Assembly (NCBI GenBank): GCA_022796475.1
Contig: JAAWIS010000001.1
Span: forward strand, 22,219 to 86,218
Length of the DNA stretch: 64,000 nucleotides
Origin: Lachnospiraceae bacterium
GTDB taxonomy: Bacteria; Bacillota; Clostridia; Lachnospirales; Lachnospiraceae
Direction: 5' to 3'
Shown: positions 36,857-46,462 of the stretch, one piece after another
How the letters are laid out: the number at the start of each line of letters is the position of its first letter
Position numbering within the stretch: position 1 is the first letter of the stretch
Translations under genes and position numbers: made by a program
Notes under the pieces: generated by a model
The model's input: the letters and a program-made list of their open reading frames with translations, nothing else
The model's database searches: none
What the model was told of the DNA's origin: nothing

Positions 36857-38116
36857 TTAAGTTTCATGAGAACCCGGCAGTTTTCCTTTTCCCTTAAGAA
36901 CATTCCACAGTTTTTCCCACAGCCATTCTGCCAAAAGCACTGCCGTATTATCGTAGAGCACCGCAAAAATCAAACTGAAAATCAATGCAGCGGCTGACTG
37001 CAGAAGCACCCCTGCCACTGCATAGGCAGGGCCAAACAGAAAGGGTTCAAGGTGCAGATGATTTTCTGCCACCACAAACAGCATAAACCAATGGATCAGC
37101 AGAATCGAATAACTGTAGCGGCTTATCATCTGCACGATGGCGGCTGCCAGCTTTTGAACGCCGCCTTTTTGCTTTTTCCCTTTTACTGCCTGTGGTTTTT
37201 CGCAGCGCAGAAACACCAGGAAAACTGCCATAGAAAACAAGATCATAAGCAAAGAATCATTTGCCGCAGCAACTTTGCCGTCTGACCGGGTACAGTTTAT
37301 CCAGACTATGAGCACGGCACTGACAGCGCCTGCTGTCAAAATCCTTTTATCATATTTTCTGCCGGAATCTCTTGACAGCAAATATCCAAGCAAAAAAATT
37401 CCCTCCCAGGAAAACCAAACGGTATCAAAGCCAAATCCAATTCCTCCAAAATAGCATCCTGTTTTTAAGGCAGCACCTATAATCACTGCCCAGGCAATCC
37501 CTTTTTCCACAGATTCCGACAAATTTCCTGTCATTCTCCGTAAAAATGGAACTGGAATATACAGCCGGACAAGCACATAAACCAGCCAGAAATGGGGCAC
37601 CAGCTCCACAGGCCCTGACCAAATCTTAAAAACTGCATCCAGCCAGGAGGCGGGCGAAAGGGAAACAAGTCCTGATCTGTGAAGGTAAAACAGATAATAC
37701 ACTGCCAGAGGAAGCACCACCTTTGACAGCCGTTTTCGGTAAAAAGTTCCGGGAGCCTCCTCTCTGCAGGGCAGAAGCAGGGCGCCGCTGATCATTACAA
37801 ACAGCAAGTTGCAGCATAAGCCTAACCCTGCTGCCCCTGTAAGGAAATACCATAAACCGGAAGTTTCCGAAAGCTTTGATGCCGCCGACTGCATACTGTG
37901 AACTGCTATCACCAGCATTGCCGCCAGAAAGCGGAGCCGGTCCAAATACTTCTTCCTGCCCTCTGTATCCGCTTCGATTCCAAGAAGTTTTTTTCCATAA
38001 TCTGCCCAGCTTAGCGTTCTATTTTTTCGATTCTCTAAATGAATCCAGCCAATTAACAGCGACGCTCCAATAAAAAGTATCCATTTCATCCTATTTTTCC
38101 CGTAATTATCATCCAT
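36857..38116 (-). CDS. Acyltransferase-3 family membrane protein
   Basis: LDRLRFLAAMLVIAVHS motif and about 10 TM helices. Confidence 0.75.
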   Translation of the reverse strand: MDDNYGKNRMKWILFIGASLLIGWIHLENRKNRTLSWADYGKKLLGIEADTEGRKKYLDRLRFLAAMLVIAVHSMQSAASKLSETSGLWYFLTGAAGLGLCCNLLFVMISGALLLPCREEAPGTFYRKRLSKVVLPLAVYYLFYLHRSGLVSLSPASWLDAVFKIWSGPVELVPHFWLVYVLVRLYIPVPFLRRMTGNLSESVEKGIAWAVIIGAALKTGCYFGGIGFGFDTVWFSWEGIFLLGYLLSRDSGRKYDKRILTAGAVSAVLIVWINCTRSDGKVAAANDSLLMILFSMAVFLVFLRCEKPQAVKGKKQKGGVQKLAAAIVQMISRYSYSILLIHWFMLFVVAENHLHLEPFLFGPAYAVAGVLLQSAAALIFSLIFAVLYDNTAVLLAEWLWEKLWNVLKGKGKLPGSHET

Positions 38117-38190
38117 ATCCCTAAACAGAGCCGGTTCTTTCTACCTACGATGCACATGTACTTGTTGGGCATCGCTCTTCTCTTTCAAAG

Positions 38191-38790
38191 CTATACCGTA
38201 TGCCCATAAGTTTTCAGCCATTTTTGCCATATTTTATAGTCTGGCAGAGTCTTCTCTACTTCTGCCCAAAAAGCAGGTGAATGGTTCATTTCCTTACGGT
38301 GAGCAAGCTCATGAACTACCACATAATCTAATACCTGCGGAGGCATTAAGATCAGCTTCCAGTGGAAATTCAGATTGCCCCTTCCGCTGCAGCTCCCCCA
38401 CCTGGTTTTCGCTGCGCCTATGGATAATTTTTCATAGCTCACACCCATTTGCCCTGCAAAATAGGCTGCCCGCTGTCCAACCTGTTCTTTTGCCTTTTTT
38501 CGGTATACCTGCTCCAGCTCCGGATATTTTACATAGTCCGGCAGTTCCCGCTCCATTTGGGCCTTTTGCTTTTCTTCCATCATTAAATATTTTTCAATAA
38601 TCCAGGCTTCCTTCTGCCTGGCAAATTTCTGCAGCACCTGGTCTGTGGCCTGCTTCGGCGCCCTCAGCTTCACTTTTCCGTTTCGGCTAACCTCCAGTCC
38701 TAATGTACTGCGGTCCGAATATATTACATCAATGATAATTTCCTTCTCCCGCCCCTTATAAGCAAATCTCAGCTTCATCTGCCTTAACAT
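38191..38790 (-). CDS. YgjP-like M48/DUF45 metal-dependent hydrolase
   Basis: HEXXH-type motif VVVHELAHRKEMNHSPAFW near the C-terminus, and size of about 200 aa. Confidence 0.8.
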   Translation of the reverse strand: MLRQMKLRFAYKGREKEIIIDVIYSDRSTLGLEVSRNGKVKLRAPKQATDQVLQKFARQKEAWIIEKYLMMEEKQKAQMERELPDYVKYPELEQVYRKKAKEQVGQRAAYFAGQMGVSYEKLSIGAAKTRWGSCSGRGNLNFHWKLILMPPQVLDYVVVHELAHRKEMNHSPAFWAEVEKTLPDYKIWQKWLKTYGHTV

Positions 38791-38844
38791 CCTCTAAGCC
38801 CCTTTTCAATTAGTAGGTTCAAGCTGTCAGTTAGCCAAAGCAAA

Positions 38845-38868
38845 GGGGGGCTGTCACAAACAACCCCC
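38845..38868 (-). terminator. Possible terminator after wzm
   Basis: The minus strand reads GGGGG-TTGTTTGTGACAG-CCCCC(C), followed by TTTGCTTT. Confidence 0.35.
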
Positions 38869-38891
38869 GCCCCGCAAAAAGCCCGCCGCCT

Positions 38892-39722
38892 TTACAGTAC
38901 ATCAGAAAAATGAGGACGCAGACGCTTAAATACCTTAAGGCCCAAAAGCATCAGCAAAGCCGTTACCCCCCAAAAGTAAAGACTTAACATGGGCCGTTCC
39001 CAAAACCAATTTTTGGTCAGCATACTGTCCCTGTATCCAGCTACAATATAGTAAACAGGATTCAGCTTAAAAATAACAGCCAGCCATGGGGTTTCTTTTG
39101 TAAACATCCCCTCGTCATACATGATCGGGACCATCCACATGCCAAACTGCAGGCTGATTCCTACAATCTGAGCCATATCCTTAAAAAATACGTGAACTGA
39201 ACTGGTCAGATAGCTTATGGCTAAAGCAAGCATGGATGCTGCAAAGGAATAATATCCTGCCTGAATCCAGGTAATCACAGGCCACCAGCCATAACATAAG
39301 TTTAAGCCAAACATGATCAGTACAAAAAAACCGTGAACCATAGCACAGGATAACAGCTTAATAATCGGCAGCACTTCTACCGGAAATACCACCTTTTTAA
39401 CCAGGTAGCTGTATTCCTGAAGACATCCGGTCCCTGTGTTTAAAGCCTCACTGAAAAAAAACCAGGGTACAATCCCCGGCACCAGCCACAGCACATAGGG
39501 CGCCGGCACCGGAGGGGATGATTTAAAACCGTAAGGCCCAAAAATCAGAAAATAAATCAGTACCGTTACAATGGGCTGTACAAACATCCATACTACTCCG
39601 AAATAGGATCCTACAAAACGCTTATGAAAATCTGCTTTTGCTAAATCCCATATCAACTTTCTCTTTTTCACAATCTCTTTTAAAAGTGAGATAACGTAAT
39701 TCATAGATTTAACTACCTGCAT
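38892..39722 (-). CDS. wzm: ABC-2 type polysaccharide export permease (Wzm/TagG)
   Basis: 276-aa protein with six TM helices. The N-terminal DLAKADFHKRFVGSYFGVVWMFVQP block is typical of Wzm/TagG permeases. Confidence 0.85.
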   Translation of the reverse strand: MQVVKSMNYVISLLKEIVKKRKLIWDLAKADFHKRFVGSYFGVVWMFVQPIVTVLIYFLIFGPYGFKSSPPVPAPYVLWLVPGIVPWFFFSEALNTGTGCLQEYSYLVKKVVFPVEVLPIIKLLSCAMVHGFFVLIMFGLNLCYGWWPVITWIQAGYYSFAASMLALAISYLTSSVHVFFKDMAQIVGISLQFGMWMVPIMYDEGMFTKETPWLAVIFKLNPVYYIVAGYRDSMLTKNWFWERPMLSLYFWGVTALLMLLGLKVFKRLRPHFSDVL

Positions 39723-39726
39723 TTCC

Positions 39727-41736
39727 CTACATACACATCGGCACCAGCACAGTTACCCACATGGTAGCCAGCAAAAGCCAAGCTGATGCAGTTAATATTC
39801 CTGTATGATACCACATATTTTTAAATCGCGCAACGACCATCCTGGAATTAAACAGCAAGTAAAACAGATACAGAATCGGAAGATAGTACCTTCCCTGTAC
39901 TCCCGCGATAATCCGCTGCCCGGGGACCGTATATGCAATATACATAGAAGTCCAGATCAGAAGGGCACATGCCCCTAACATCAGGAAAATCCACAGTTTC
40001 TGAAGACCATTTAAAGCCCTCGTGGTAGTAATACTGGTATCCGTTACCACGGCATACCCGGCCAGCCCCATTGCAAACCAGGTAAAGGGGCTGTCTGCCA
40101 GATGACCCTGAACCGAAAAAATCTCACGGCCAAACAGCATCTTTGGCATAGTGCGGAAAATATTCTGAAATAAGAGTTTCAAATACCCGATAAAATGGCC
40201 AAGAATATAGCTCATCTGCCCTGCTTCGCTGGTAGCCCCGCCCCGGATATCTCCCGTTTCCTTCGGCGCAACTAAGACCGGAATTACAAAGGAAGAAAGA
40301 AGCCCTGCAAATGCCAGGAAAATTCCTGCCGCCATCACATAACGCTGATTTTTGTTCTTAAACTTTGATGCCGGAAGCAAAAGGGCAATTAAAACCATGG
40401 GAGCATATACCGCCTTGGCACTAGATCCTAACAGAAAGCAAAACAGAATCCACAAATACGATTTCCAGGTGATTTCTTGTTCCGGCGTTAAAATTTCTTT
40501 TAAAAGACATGCGGAGCCAAGATAAATCCACCCGGTTACCCATGAATCATAAGAATACGTACATGCTAAAAACATGGAGGTGGGCATCAGCCCGATAACT
40601 GTCATAATCACTTTTCCCACCGGAGCCGTCTTTATGGCAAAGTACATCAGCGCTCCATAAACAAACAGGTTTCCCAGCCGCCCAAGCATCAGCATAGTTC
40701 CCCAGGGAATCTGGAAACCTTTGCATATCTTCAGTATCACAGCCTGGCCCAAATATGCCGGAATCGTTCCTTTGGGGATCACTGGTTCCAAATGAATGGT
40801 TCCTGTTTTATAGTCGCCATACTCATTCCGGTAAGAGCGGAGAGCCGCCTGCTCTTTTATTGAGCCTGGCTGATTTTCAGGCCAGGCATCCAGGTTCGGC
40901 ACCATTAAGCTGAATACAGTCTGGTCCACGTTCATACCATGAGGATAACTTGCAATTCCCATGGCCCGGTAAAGATGGGTTTCTTCGTCAAACCCTATTT
41001 TATTCGCCGGAAATGAAAAAATTGACAGCATCCCCACACTGAAGCAGACAGCCAAAAATCCCACTTCTATATGATTCCCCAAATATCCCCGAAACAGCCA
41101 GAAAAAAGCCAGCAGACCAAACACCAGCCAGAAAAAGGCCAGCCGATACCAGTTAACTGCCAATTCATTGCATATGGAAAACCCGGTAATCAGCAGGGGA
41201 ATTTTTCCGGCTTCTTCTCTGGTTCCCGGTTCTCCAAGATCTGATTTTTCCACTGACAGGACAATGGATTCAACATTTTTCCTGATGGTTAAATAGGATG
41301 CTTCCGCCAGTTTATTATTGCGGTCTTCGATCAGAAGGTCCTGATCCGGATCAGCCTCGCCGTATTCATTATAATAGCAGACGTACACTTTCGCATTCAG
41401 CAGATGATCATAGTTAAAATAATAAGCAAACTGCTCCACATACGCTCCATTCAGCGGAATACTTAAGGTCCCTTTTTCTTCTGTTAAAAGAAATCCTTCT
41501 TCGGTCCGGGCAAATCCCTCTGCTGCCGCCGTATCCAAAGAAATTGGCACTTCTTCCCTGGAATCCTGCTGCAGTACTGGAACATGGCAGAAATATTCGA
41601 AAGCAGCCCCTAAGAAAATCACAATCAAAACTGCCAGCCCGTATTTTAAAAGCTGTGTGCCGGAAGAATTTCCGGTTAATTTTCTTTTTTTCCCTCTGCT
41701 TCTTCCTTGTGTCCAGGAAAATGCCTTATGGTTCAT
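39727..41736 (-). CDS. Large polytopic membrane protein, GT-C-like (DUF2142-like), with an N-terminal extracytoplasmic domain
   Basis: The start is set at ATG 41736, with an AAGGAGG RBS 6 nt upstream. One TM helix is followed by a ~170-aa exposed domain and then about 12 helices. The loop motif GFDEETHLYRA resembles the DE motif of PMT/ArnT-type GT-C enzymes. Confidence 0.5.
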   Translation of the reverse strand: MNHKAFSWTQGRSRGKKRKLTGNSSGTQLLKYGLAVLIVIFLGAAFEYFCHVPVLQQDSREEVPISLDTAAAEGFARTEEGFLLTEEKGTLSIPLNGAYVEQFAYYFNYDHLLNAKVYVCYYNEYGEADPDQDLLIEDRNNKLAEASYLTIRKNVESIVLSVEKSDLGEPGTREEAGKIPLLITGFSICNELAVNWYRLAFFWLVFGLLAFFWLFRGYLGNHIEVGFLAVCFSVGMLSIFSFPANKIGFDEETHLYRAMGIASYPHGMNVDQTVFSLMVPNLDAWPENQPGSIKEQAALRSYRNEYGDYKTGTIHLEPVIPKGTIPAYLGQAVILKICKGFQIPWGTMLMLGRLGNLFVYGALMYFAIKTAPVGKVIMTVIGLMPTSMFLACTYSYDSWVTGWIYLGSACLLKEILTPEQEITWKSYLWILFCFLLGSSAKAVYAPMVLIALLLPASKFKNKNQRYVMAAGIFLAFAGLLSSFVIPVLVAPKETGDIRGGATSEAGQMSYILGHFIGYLKLLFQNIFRTMPKMLFGREIFSVQGHLADSPFTWFAMGLAGYAVVTDTSITTTRALNGLQKLWIFLMLGACALLIWTSMYIAYTVPGQRIIAGVQGRYYLPILYLFYLLFNSRMVVARFKNMWYHTGILTASAWLLLATMWVTVLVPMCM

Positions 41737-42121
41737 GGCTGTCCTCCTTTGTTTCCTGCCGGTCAAGCGTTTTCCTGTTTCCTTCTTCCTGCTCAAGCTG
41801 GTAAATGGCCATCTTCTGCACCAGCTCCTTTATCTTTGTTTCTAGCTGGGAAATTCGAATGGTCATGGAAAATACACGCATCAGCAGCAAAAAAATCATA
41901 AACAGAAACAGAAAATTGACGGTAGCATAAATTCCCAGCAAGTGGGCCAGAAAATCTGCCACAGGAGGGAAGATGCTGAATACTACAAACATCAGAGAAA
42001 CCAACACCCAGAAAATTCCGTCTTCAATCTGCAGTTTTGCCTTCCGGATTTTCCGGATAATCAGTGTCATGGTTCCGATTGACGCTAAAATCAAAACCGC
42101 CCGCAGCATGGTCGTCATCAT
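41726..42121 (-). CDS. DUF2304-family small membrane protein (Rv3632-like)
   Basis: 131 aa with four short helices, then the amphipathic tail RISQLETKIKELVQKMAI. An ATGA overlap joins it to the upstream GT2 gene. Confidence 0.65.
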   Translation of the reverse strand: MMTTMLRAVLILASIGTMTLIIRKIRKAKLQIEDGIFWVLVSLMFVVFSIFPPVADFLAHLLGIYATVNFLFLFMIFLLLMRVFSMTIRISQLETKIKELVQKMAIYQLEQEEGNRKTLDRQETKEDSHEP

Positions 42122-43089
42122 TTTTTATCCCCTGCCTTTTTCCAATAATTCTGGTTCATGGTACACCAAAGCACGACTTTCCCCGGCAGATGCTGATACC
42201 ATTTCCCCATACAATACCCCAAATACTTAAAACCGCTCTTAACAGCCAGCTCTGGAACCAGCCAAGGACGGCGGCTTTTGACTAAATAAGCAGCCGTCCG
42301 CTTTACCAGGCGTATCCCCTCCCCTTCTGATGGAAGGCCTGCAAAAATCTCAGGATGATCTGCCTGGGAAACCGCCAAATCAAAATTTCTGCAAAACTGC
42401 TGCCTGCAGCTTAAATTGTGAGAGTGTATCACCTGCGCTTTGGCCTGGTACACCAGGGCATATCCCTCCTGTATCACACGGCCTGCAAAAATCATGTCCT
42501 CATTAAAAATCGTATGGCGGATAAAGCCTCCCTGAGCCATATAAATCTGCCGGTTATAAGCACAGCATACATTTGAGCCAAAATACGTTTTAATACCAAG
42601 TTTTGGAATATCTGCCTTTGTTTTAACCCGGCTTTTTGCCGGATAGTTGAATCCTCTGGTATAGCGTTCAATATACCCGCAGTCCCTATCCGGAAGCTGC
42701 CTGGCGTATACCATGGCAGGCACCTCTCCTTTTGGCCCCCGTTTCTGAAAGCCTGCCACCAGCTCCTCAGCCAGCCTTACATCTGCCGGAACTGCGTCGT
42801 CTGTCATGCAGAGAAACAAGTCAGCCTGGGAAAACGACACTGCCCAGTGCCTGGTTCCCCCATGATCAAATTCCGATTTTTTTATATGATGCACTTCAAA
42901 TCCGGGCAAATTTTCATATTTGGCAAACCCGCCCTGTTCCCAGTACTGCTTTTCCGTATTTACTACTATAATTTTCCCGATTGGATACGTTTGATTTCCA
43001 ATCATTTCCAAAAGTTTTCTGAATTTTTCCCCGGGACGGTAAGTAGGTATTATGACGTCTAAGGTTAATCCTTCTGTTTTCTGATCCAT
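42118..43089 (-). CDS. Glycosyltransferase family 2
   Basis: LDVIIPTYRPGEKFRKLLEMIGNQT and the acidic motif CMTDDAVP. Confidence 0.8.
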   Translation of the reverse strand: MDQKTEGLTLDVIIPTYRPGEKFRKLLEMIGNQTYPIGKIIVVNTEKQYWEQGGFAKYENLPGFEVHHIKKSEFDHGGTRHWAVSFSQADLFLCMTDDAVPADVRLAEELVAGFQKRGPKGEVPAMVYARQLPDRDCGYIERYTRGFNYPAKSRVKTKADIPKLGIKTYFGSNVCCAYNRQIYMAQGGFIRHTIFNEDMIFAGRVIQEGYALVYQAKAQVIHSHNLSCRQQFCRNFDLAVSQADHPEIFAGLPSEGEGIRLVKRTAAYLVKSRRPWLVPELAVKSGFKYLGYCMGKWYQHLPGKVVLWCTMNQNYWKKAGDKK

Positions 43090-43110
43090 ACAGCTTCCTT
43101 TCTTTCCCCC

Positions 43111-44409
43111 TTATCCGCGGCGCAAAGCAAATGCCGTCTGAAGCCCAAACCCCAAAAACTGCATTGCCATAAACAGGCAATAGGCAAGCGCCGCCCCGAA
43201 AATTTCAAGCTTTGCTACCAGTGCCGGCGCCAAAATCAGCGCTGCTACTGCTGTCACAGCGTAAACCAGAAAAATCACTTTCTGCTGCCGCATGATAACA
43301 AGACAGTAGTACATCAAATTCGCCATGGCATAAACTCCGCCGCCTGCCACAATTACGGTAAACGGCGCCAAATACCCGGTAAGACAGCCTTCATATCCAT
43401 TTCCCAGCAGATATTCCATGACAGAAAGCACCAGACGGCCCAAAACTAAGCAGCCTGAAACTGCCAGAACCGTAAGTCCCATAATGATCCCGCCGATTTT
43501 CTTTAAAATCCGTTTCAGCCCCTTCTTATCTCCCTGGTTCCAGCACACGGTCATCCTGACCAGAAAGGGGCGGATCACAAAATTTGCCACCAAATAAATA
43601 ACGGATGTGGGCATGAAGATCAGGTTGAAATACCCGGAAGCTGCATCATTTAACTGACCGTCAATCGCATACTTGGCAGCAGAAAAAATATAAAAATCTA
43701 AAAACACAGAAAGAAATAACAGCCCTGTCTGAGAAAACAGCTTTGAGGTACTTTTTTCCCGACAGCTATACTCTACCCGGGGAAGAGCGCCTATAACAGA
43801 AACATCACACAGCACCATCCCAAGGATTTGTGCCGCTGCTGCTGCCGCTGAGGCGAACACCAGATTCTGCGCCGCCGCCAGCGTAAAAAGAAAGACCGCT
43901 ACTGACAAAAGTGTACGGAAAGTGTTGGATTTCCCGGTAAGGTATAAACTCCCCTGCCGCTGAAATTCCGATTCATATACATCGGCATATCCGTCAATAA
44001 TCTTATACAGCGCCAAAAAGAACACTGCCAAAGCTTTTTCTTTTCCATAGGCACCTATTCCCCCCATCCATGCCGAGAAAAGAGCAGACGTTATCACTGC
44101 CATGGCGGCAGTCAGCCGGCGATGGCGGCGGTATTCTCCAAACGAATACCCTTCTTGCTGGGCTCCTCTGTCTGTAATCTGAAACGGTCTGAGTCCAAAA
44201 TAAGCTAAGGTGAACATCTGCTGTCCAAAGGCGCTGTAGCCTATGGCAAATACCCCTCCTGCCTCTTCTCCGGAAATCCGCATAACACAAAAAGAGAGAA
44301 CCATGCTGGCGAAAGCGTAGCAGAAACTCCCCAGCATATTCCACATCATATTTTGTTTTTCAATCTGGCTCCCTTTATAAATCAGGAGTCCGGAAATTTT
44401 ATTCATCAA
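43111..44409 (-). CDS. MOP-superfamily (Wzx-like) flippase
   Basis: 432 aa with about 12 helices and the usual Wzx-like sequence pattern. The family assignment is by overall pattern only. Confidence 0.6.
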   Translation of the reverse strand: MMNKISGLLIYKGSQIEKQNMMWNMLGSFCYAFASMVLSFCVMRISGEEAGGVFAIGYSAFGQQMFTLAYFGLRPFQITDRGAQQEGYSFGEYRRHRRLTAAMAVITSALFSAWMGGIGAYGKEKALAVFFLALYKIIDGYADVYESEFQRQGSLYLTGKSNTFRTLLSVAVFLFTLAAAQNLVFASAAAAAAQILGMVLCDVSVIGALPRVEYSCREKSTSKLFSQTGLLFLSVFLDFYIFSAAKYAIDGQLNDAASGYFNLIFMPTSVIYLVANFVIRPFLVRMTVCWNQGDKKGLKRILKKIGGIIMGLTVLAVSGCLVLGRLVLSVMEYLLGNGYEGCLTGYLAPFTVIVAGGGVYAMANLMYYCLVIMRQQKVIFLVYAVTAVAALILAPALVAKLEIFGAALAYCLFMAMQFLGFGLQTAFALRRG

Positions 44410-44419
44410 AATTCTGCCC

Positions 44420-45118
44420 TCATCCCCGCACCCGGAAATTCTGGATCACTAAAATGGAAATCAGCATCCGAACCATATATGCCGCTGCCACTATCGGGTT
44501 AAAATAGCTTTCTCCTGCCAGCCTGTCAGCGATAACCACCGGAACCTCTGCCACCTTTGCCCCCTGTTTAATCAGGAATGACACCGTATCCGGTTCCGGC
44601 CCATAATTTAAATTCAGAGCAAACTCCCGGATCATCTCCCGATTAAACATCCGCATTCCTGACGTAGGATCCTTAACCGAAACTCCTGTGGTAACACGGA
44701 TGGACCAGGCAATCAGGCGGCTCCCTATCATCCGGATGGAAAATCCCTTCTTTTTATCCACAAACCGTGAGCCGATAACCAGATCATACCCCTCATCCAT
44801 TTTTTTTCGGATTGCTTCGATATACTCTGGCTTGTGCTGTCCGTCACCGTCAAACTGGATTGCATAGGAATAGCCTTTTTTGTAAGCGTATTTCATCCCC
44901 GCCTGAAAGCATCCGGCTAATCCTAAGTTAACCGGAAGATCCAGCATATGGTAGCCATTTTTGCGGCATATCCGGGCTGTCTGGTCGGTTGAACCGTCAT
45001 TTACCACAAGATAATCAAGCTGCGGAAACTCCTTTTCCAGTTCCCCTACCACCTTTTCAATATTTTTTTCTTCATTATAAGAAGGGATAATCAGCAAAAT
45101 GTCCTGCATATCCGCCAT
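44420..45118 (-). CDS. GT2 polyprenyl-phosphate glycosyltransferase without TM helices (PpgS/ArnC-like)
   Basis: LLIIPSYNEEKNI, VVNDGSTD and QFDGDGQH motifs. Size is 232 aa. The neighbourhood contains a DUF2304 protein and a GT-C-like protein. Confidence 0.8.
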   Translation of the reverse strand: MADMQDILLIIPSYNEEKNIEKVVGELEKEFPQLDYLVVNDGSTDQTARICRKNGYHMLDLPVNLGLAGCFQAGMKYAYKKGYSYAIQFDGDGQHKPEYIEAIRKKMDEGYDLVIGSRFVDKKKGFSIRMIGSRLIAWSIRVTTGVSVKDPTSGMRMFNREMIREFALNLNYGPEPDTVSFLIKQGAKVAEVPVVIADRLAGESYFNPIVAAAYMVRMLISILVIQNFRVRG

Positions 45119-45133
45119 CCTTTCTTCTCACCC

Positions 45134-46264
45134 TTATGCCTGCCCAAGCTTGCTTTTCGTCCGATGCAAAATACAATCACAGATCTCATCCACCACATCC
45201 AAAGGCAAATCTGCATACATGGGAAGTGTCAGCACTTCCTGTGAAATCCGCTTCGCTACCGGGGTATCCTCCGGCCGGAACCGATCTCTGTAGCACTGAT
45301 ATGCATTTACACAGGGGTAAAAATATTTTCTGGGATAAATTCCCTGCTCTTCTAATTCCCGGAATATCTGATCTCTGCTTTTTTTGTATCCTTCAAAGAC
45401 CACCGGCATATAGGCGTAATTTTTCGTTACCCTGGGATTTTCCGGGCACAGCCGGATTCCAGAAATGCCGGATAAACGGTTTTTGTACCGATTGTATATT
45501 TGCTTCCGCTTTTCAATTTCCTGCTGGACATGCTTTAAATTGCAAAGTCCCATAGCAGCCTGGAATTCATTCATCTTTCCGTTGCCTCCTACCATGGCAA
45601 CGGTTTCCTCATCCAAAATCCCAAAATTTTTCAGGCCGTTTATCTTACAGGCCAGTTCCGGATCTTGATACGCTACTGCTCCGCCTTCTATGGTATTAAA
45701 AACCTTTGTGGCATGGAAGCTGAACATACACGCGTCGCCAAAGGAAGCAACACCTTTCTGATCCAGACATTCTCCAAAAGCGTGTGCCCCGTCATAAATT
45801 ACTTTTAACTGATGCCTTTTGGCAATAGCCTCAATCTCTTCCACGTTGCATAAATTCCCATATACATGAACTGGAATAATCGCTGAGGTCCGCTCCGTAA
45901 TTAGGCTTTCCAGCTTCTCAAAATCTAATGTATAGTCATCTGCCCGAATATCACAAAACACAGGAGTAAGGCCATTTCTTACTATGGCATGGGTGGTAGA
46001 GGCAAAGGTAAATGGCGTAGTAATCACTTCCCCAGTCAAATCAAAGGCCTGGATCGCCATTTCCAGCGCCAGATGGCCGTTTACAAACAGGGACAGATTT
46101 CTTGTTTGAAGATATTCTTTCAGTTCCTTCTCCAGTTTCTGATGGAAATCCCCCATATTCGTCAGCCAGTGGCTTTCCCACAGCTCCCGGATCATTTCTG
46201 CATATTCCGCAAATGGCGGCATGGAAGATCTGGTAACGCGAATGGGTTCGTTTCTCCTCCCCAT
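45134..46264 (-). CDS. DegT/DnrJ/EryC1/StrS-family sugar aminotransferase
   Basis: FASTTHAI, the PLP-lysine block SFHATKVFNTIEGG, and the C-terminal LTLPMYADL. Confidence 0.85.
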   Translation of the reverse strand: MGRRNEPIRVTRSSMPPFAEYAEMIRELWESHWLTNMGDFHQKLEKELKEYLQTRNLSLFVNGHLALEMAIQAFDLTGEVITTPFTFASTTHAIVRNGLTPVFCDIRADDYTLDFEKLESLITERTSAIIPVHVYGNLCNVEEIEAIAKRHQLKVIYDGAHAFGECLDQKGVASFGDACMFSFHATKVFNTIEGGAVAYQDPELACKINGLKNFGILDEETVAMVGGNGKMNEFQAAMGLCNLKHVQQEIEKRKQIYNRYKNRLSGISGIRLCPENPRVTKNYAYMPVVFEGYKKSRDQIFRELEEQGIYPRKYFYPCVNAYQCYRDRFRPEDTPVAKRISQEVLTLPMYADLPLDVVDEICDCILHRTKSKLGQA

Positions 46265-46462
46265 TTTTTTCCTCCTTTTCTAATAAAAACCATTATCATT
46301 ACATTTTTTAGTCATAATCGTTACGATTTTACAATATCGCCAAATAAAAGTAAAGCTTCTATTGCTTTTTTCCTCTAAATATATTAAATTAGTACTGATA
46401 TCCTATCATTTTGGAATGTATCTTCATTTCAAACTGCAAAGAGATAATTATCAGGAGGAACT

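Noticed and set aside
36793-36966. N-terminal 58-aa extension of the wzt ORF (MRCSTIIRQCFWQNGCGKNC...).
   Set aside because: It overlaps the 3' end of the upstream acyltransferase gene and is Cys/Arg-rich with no homology pattern. A GGAGGAGGAG RBS precedes the internal ATG at 36792, just before the conserved ABC N-terminus.
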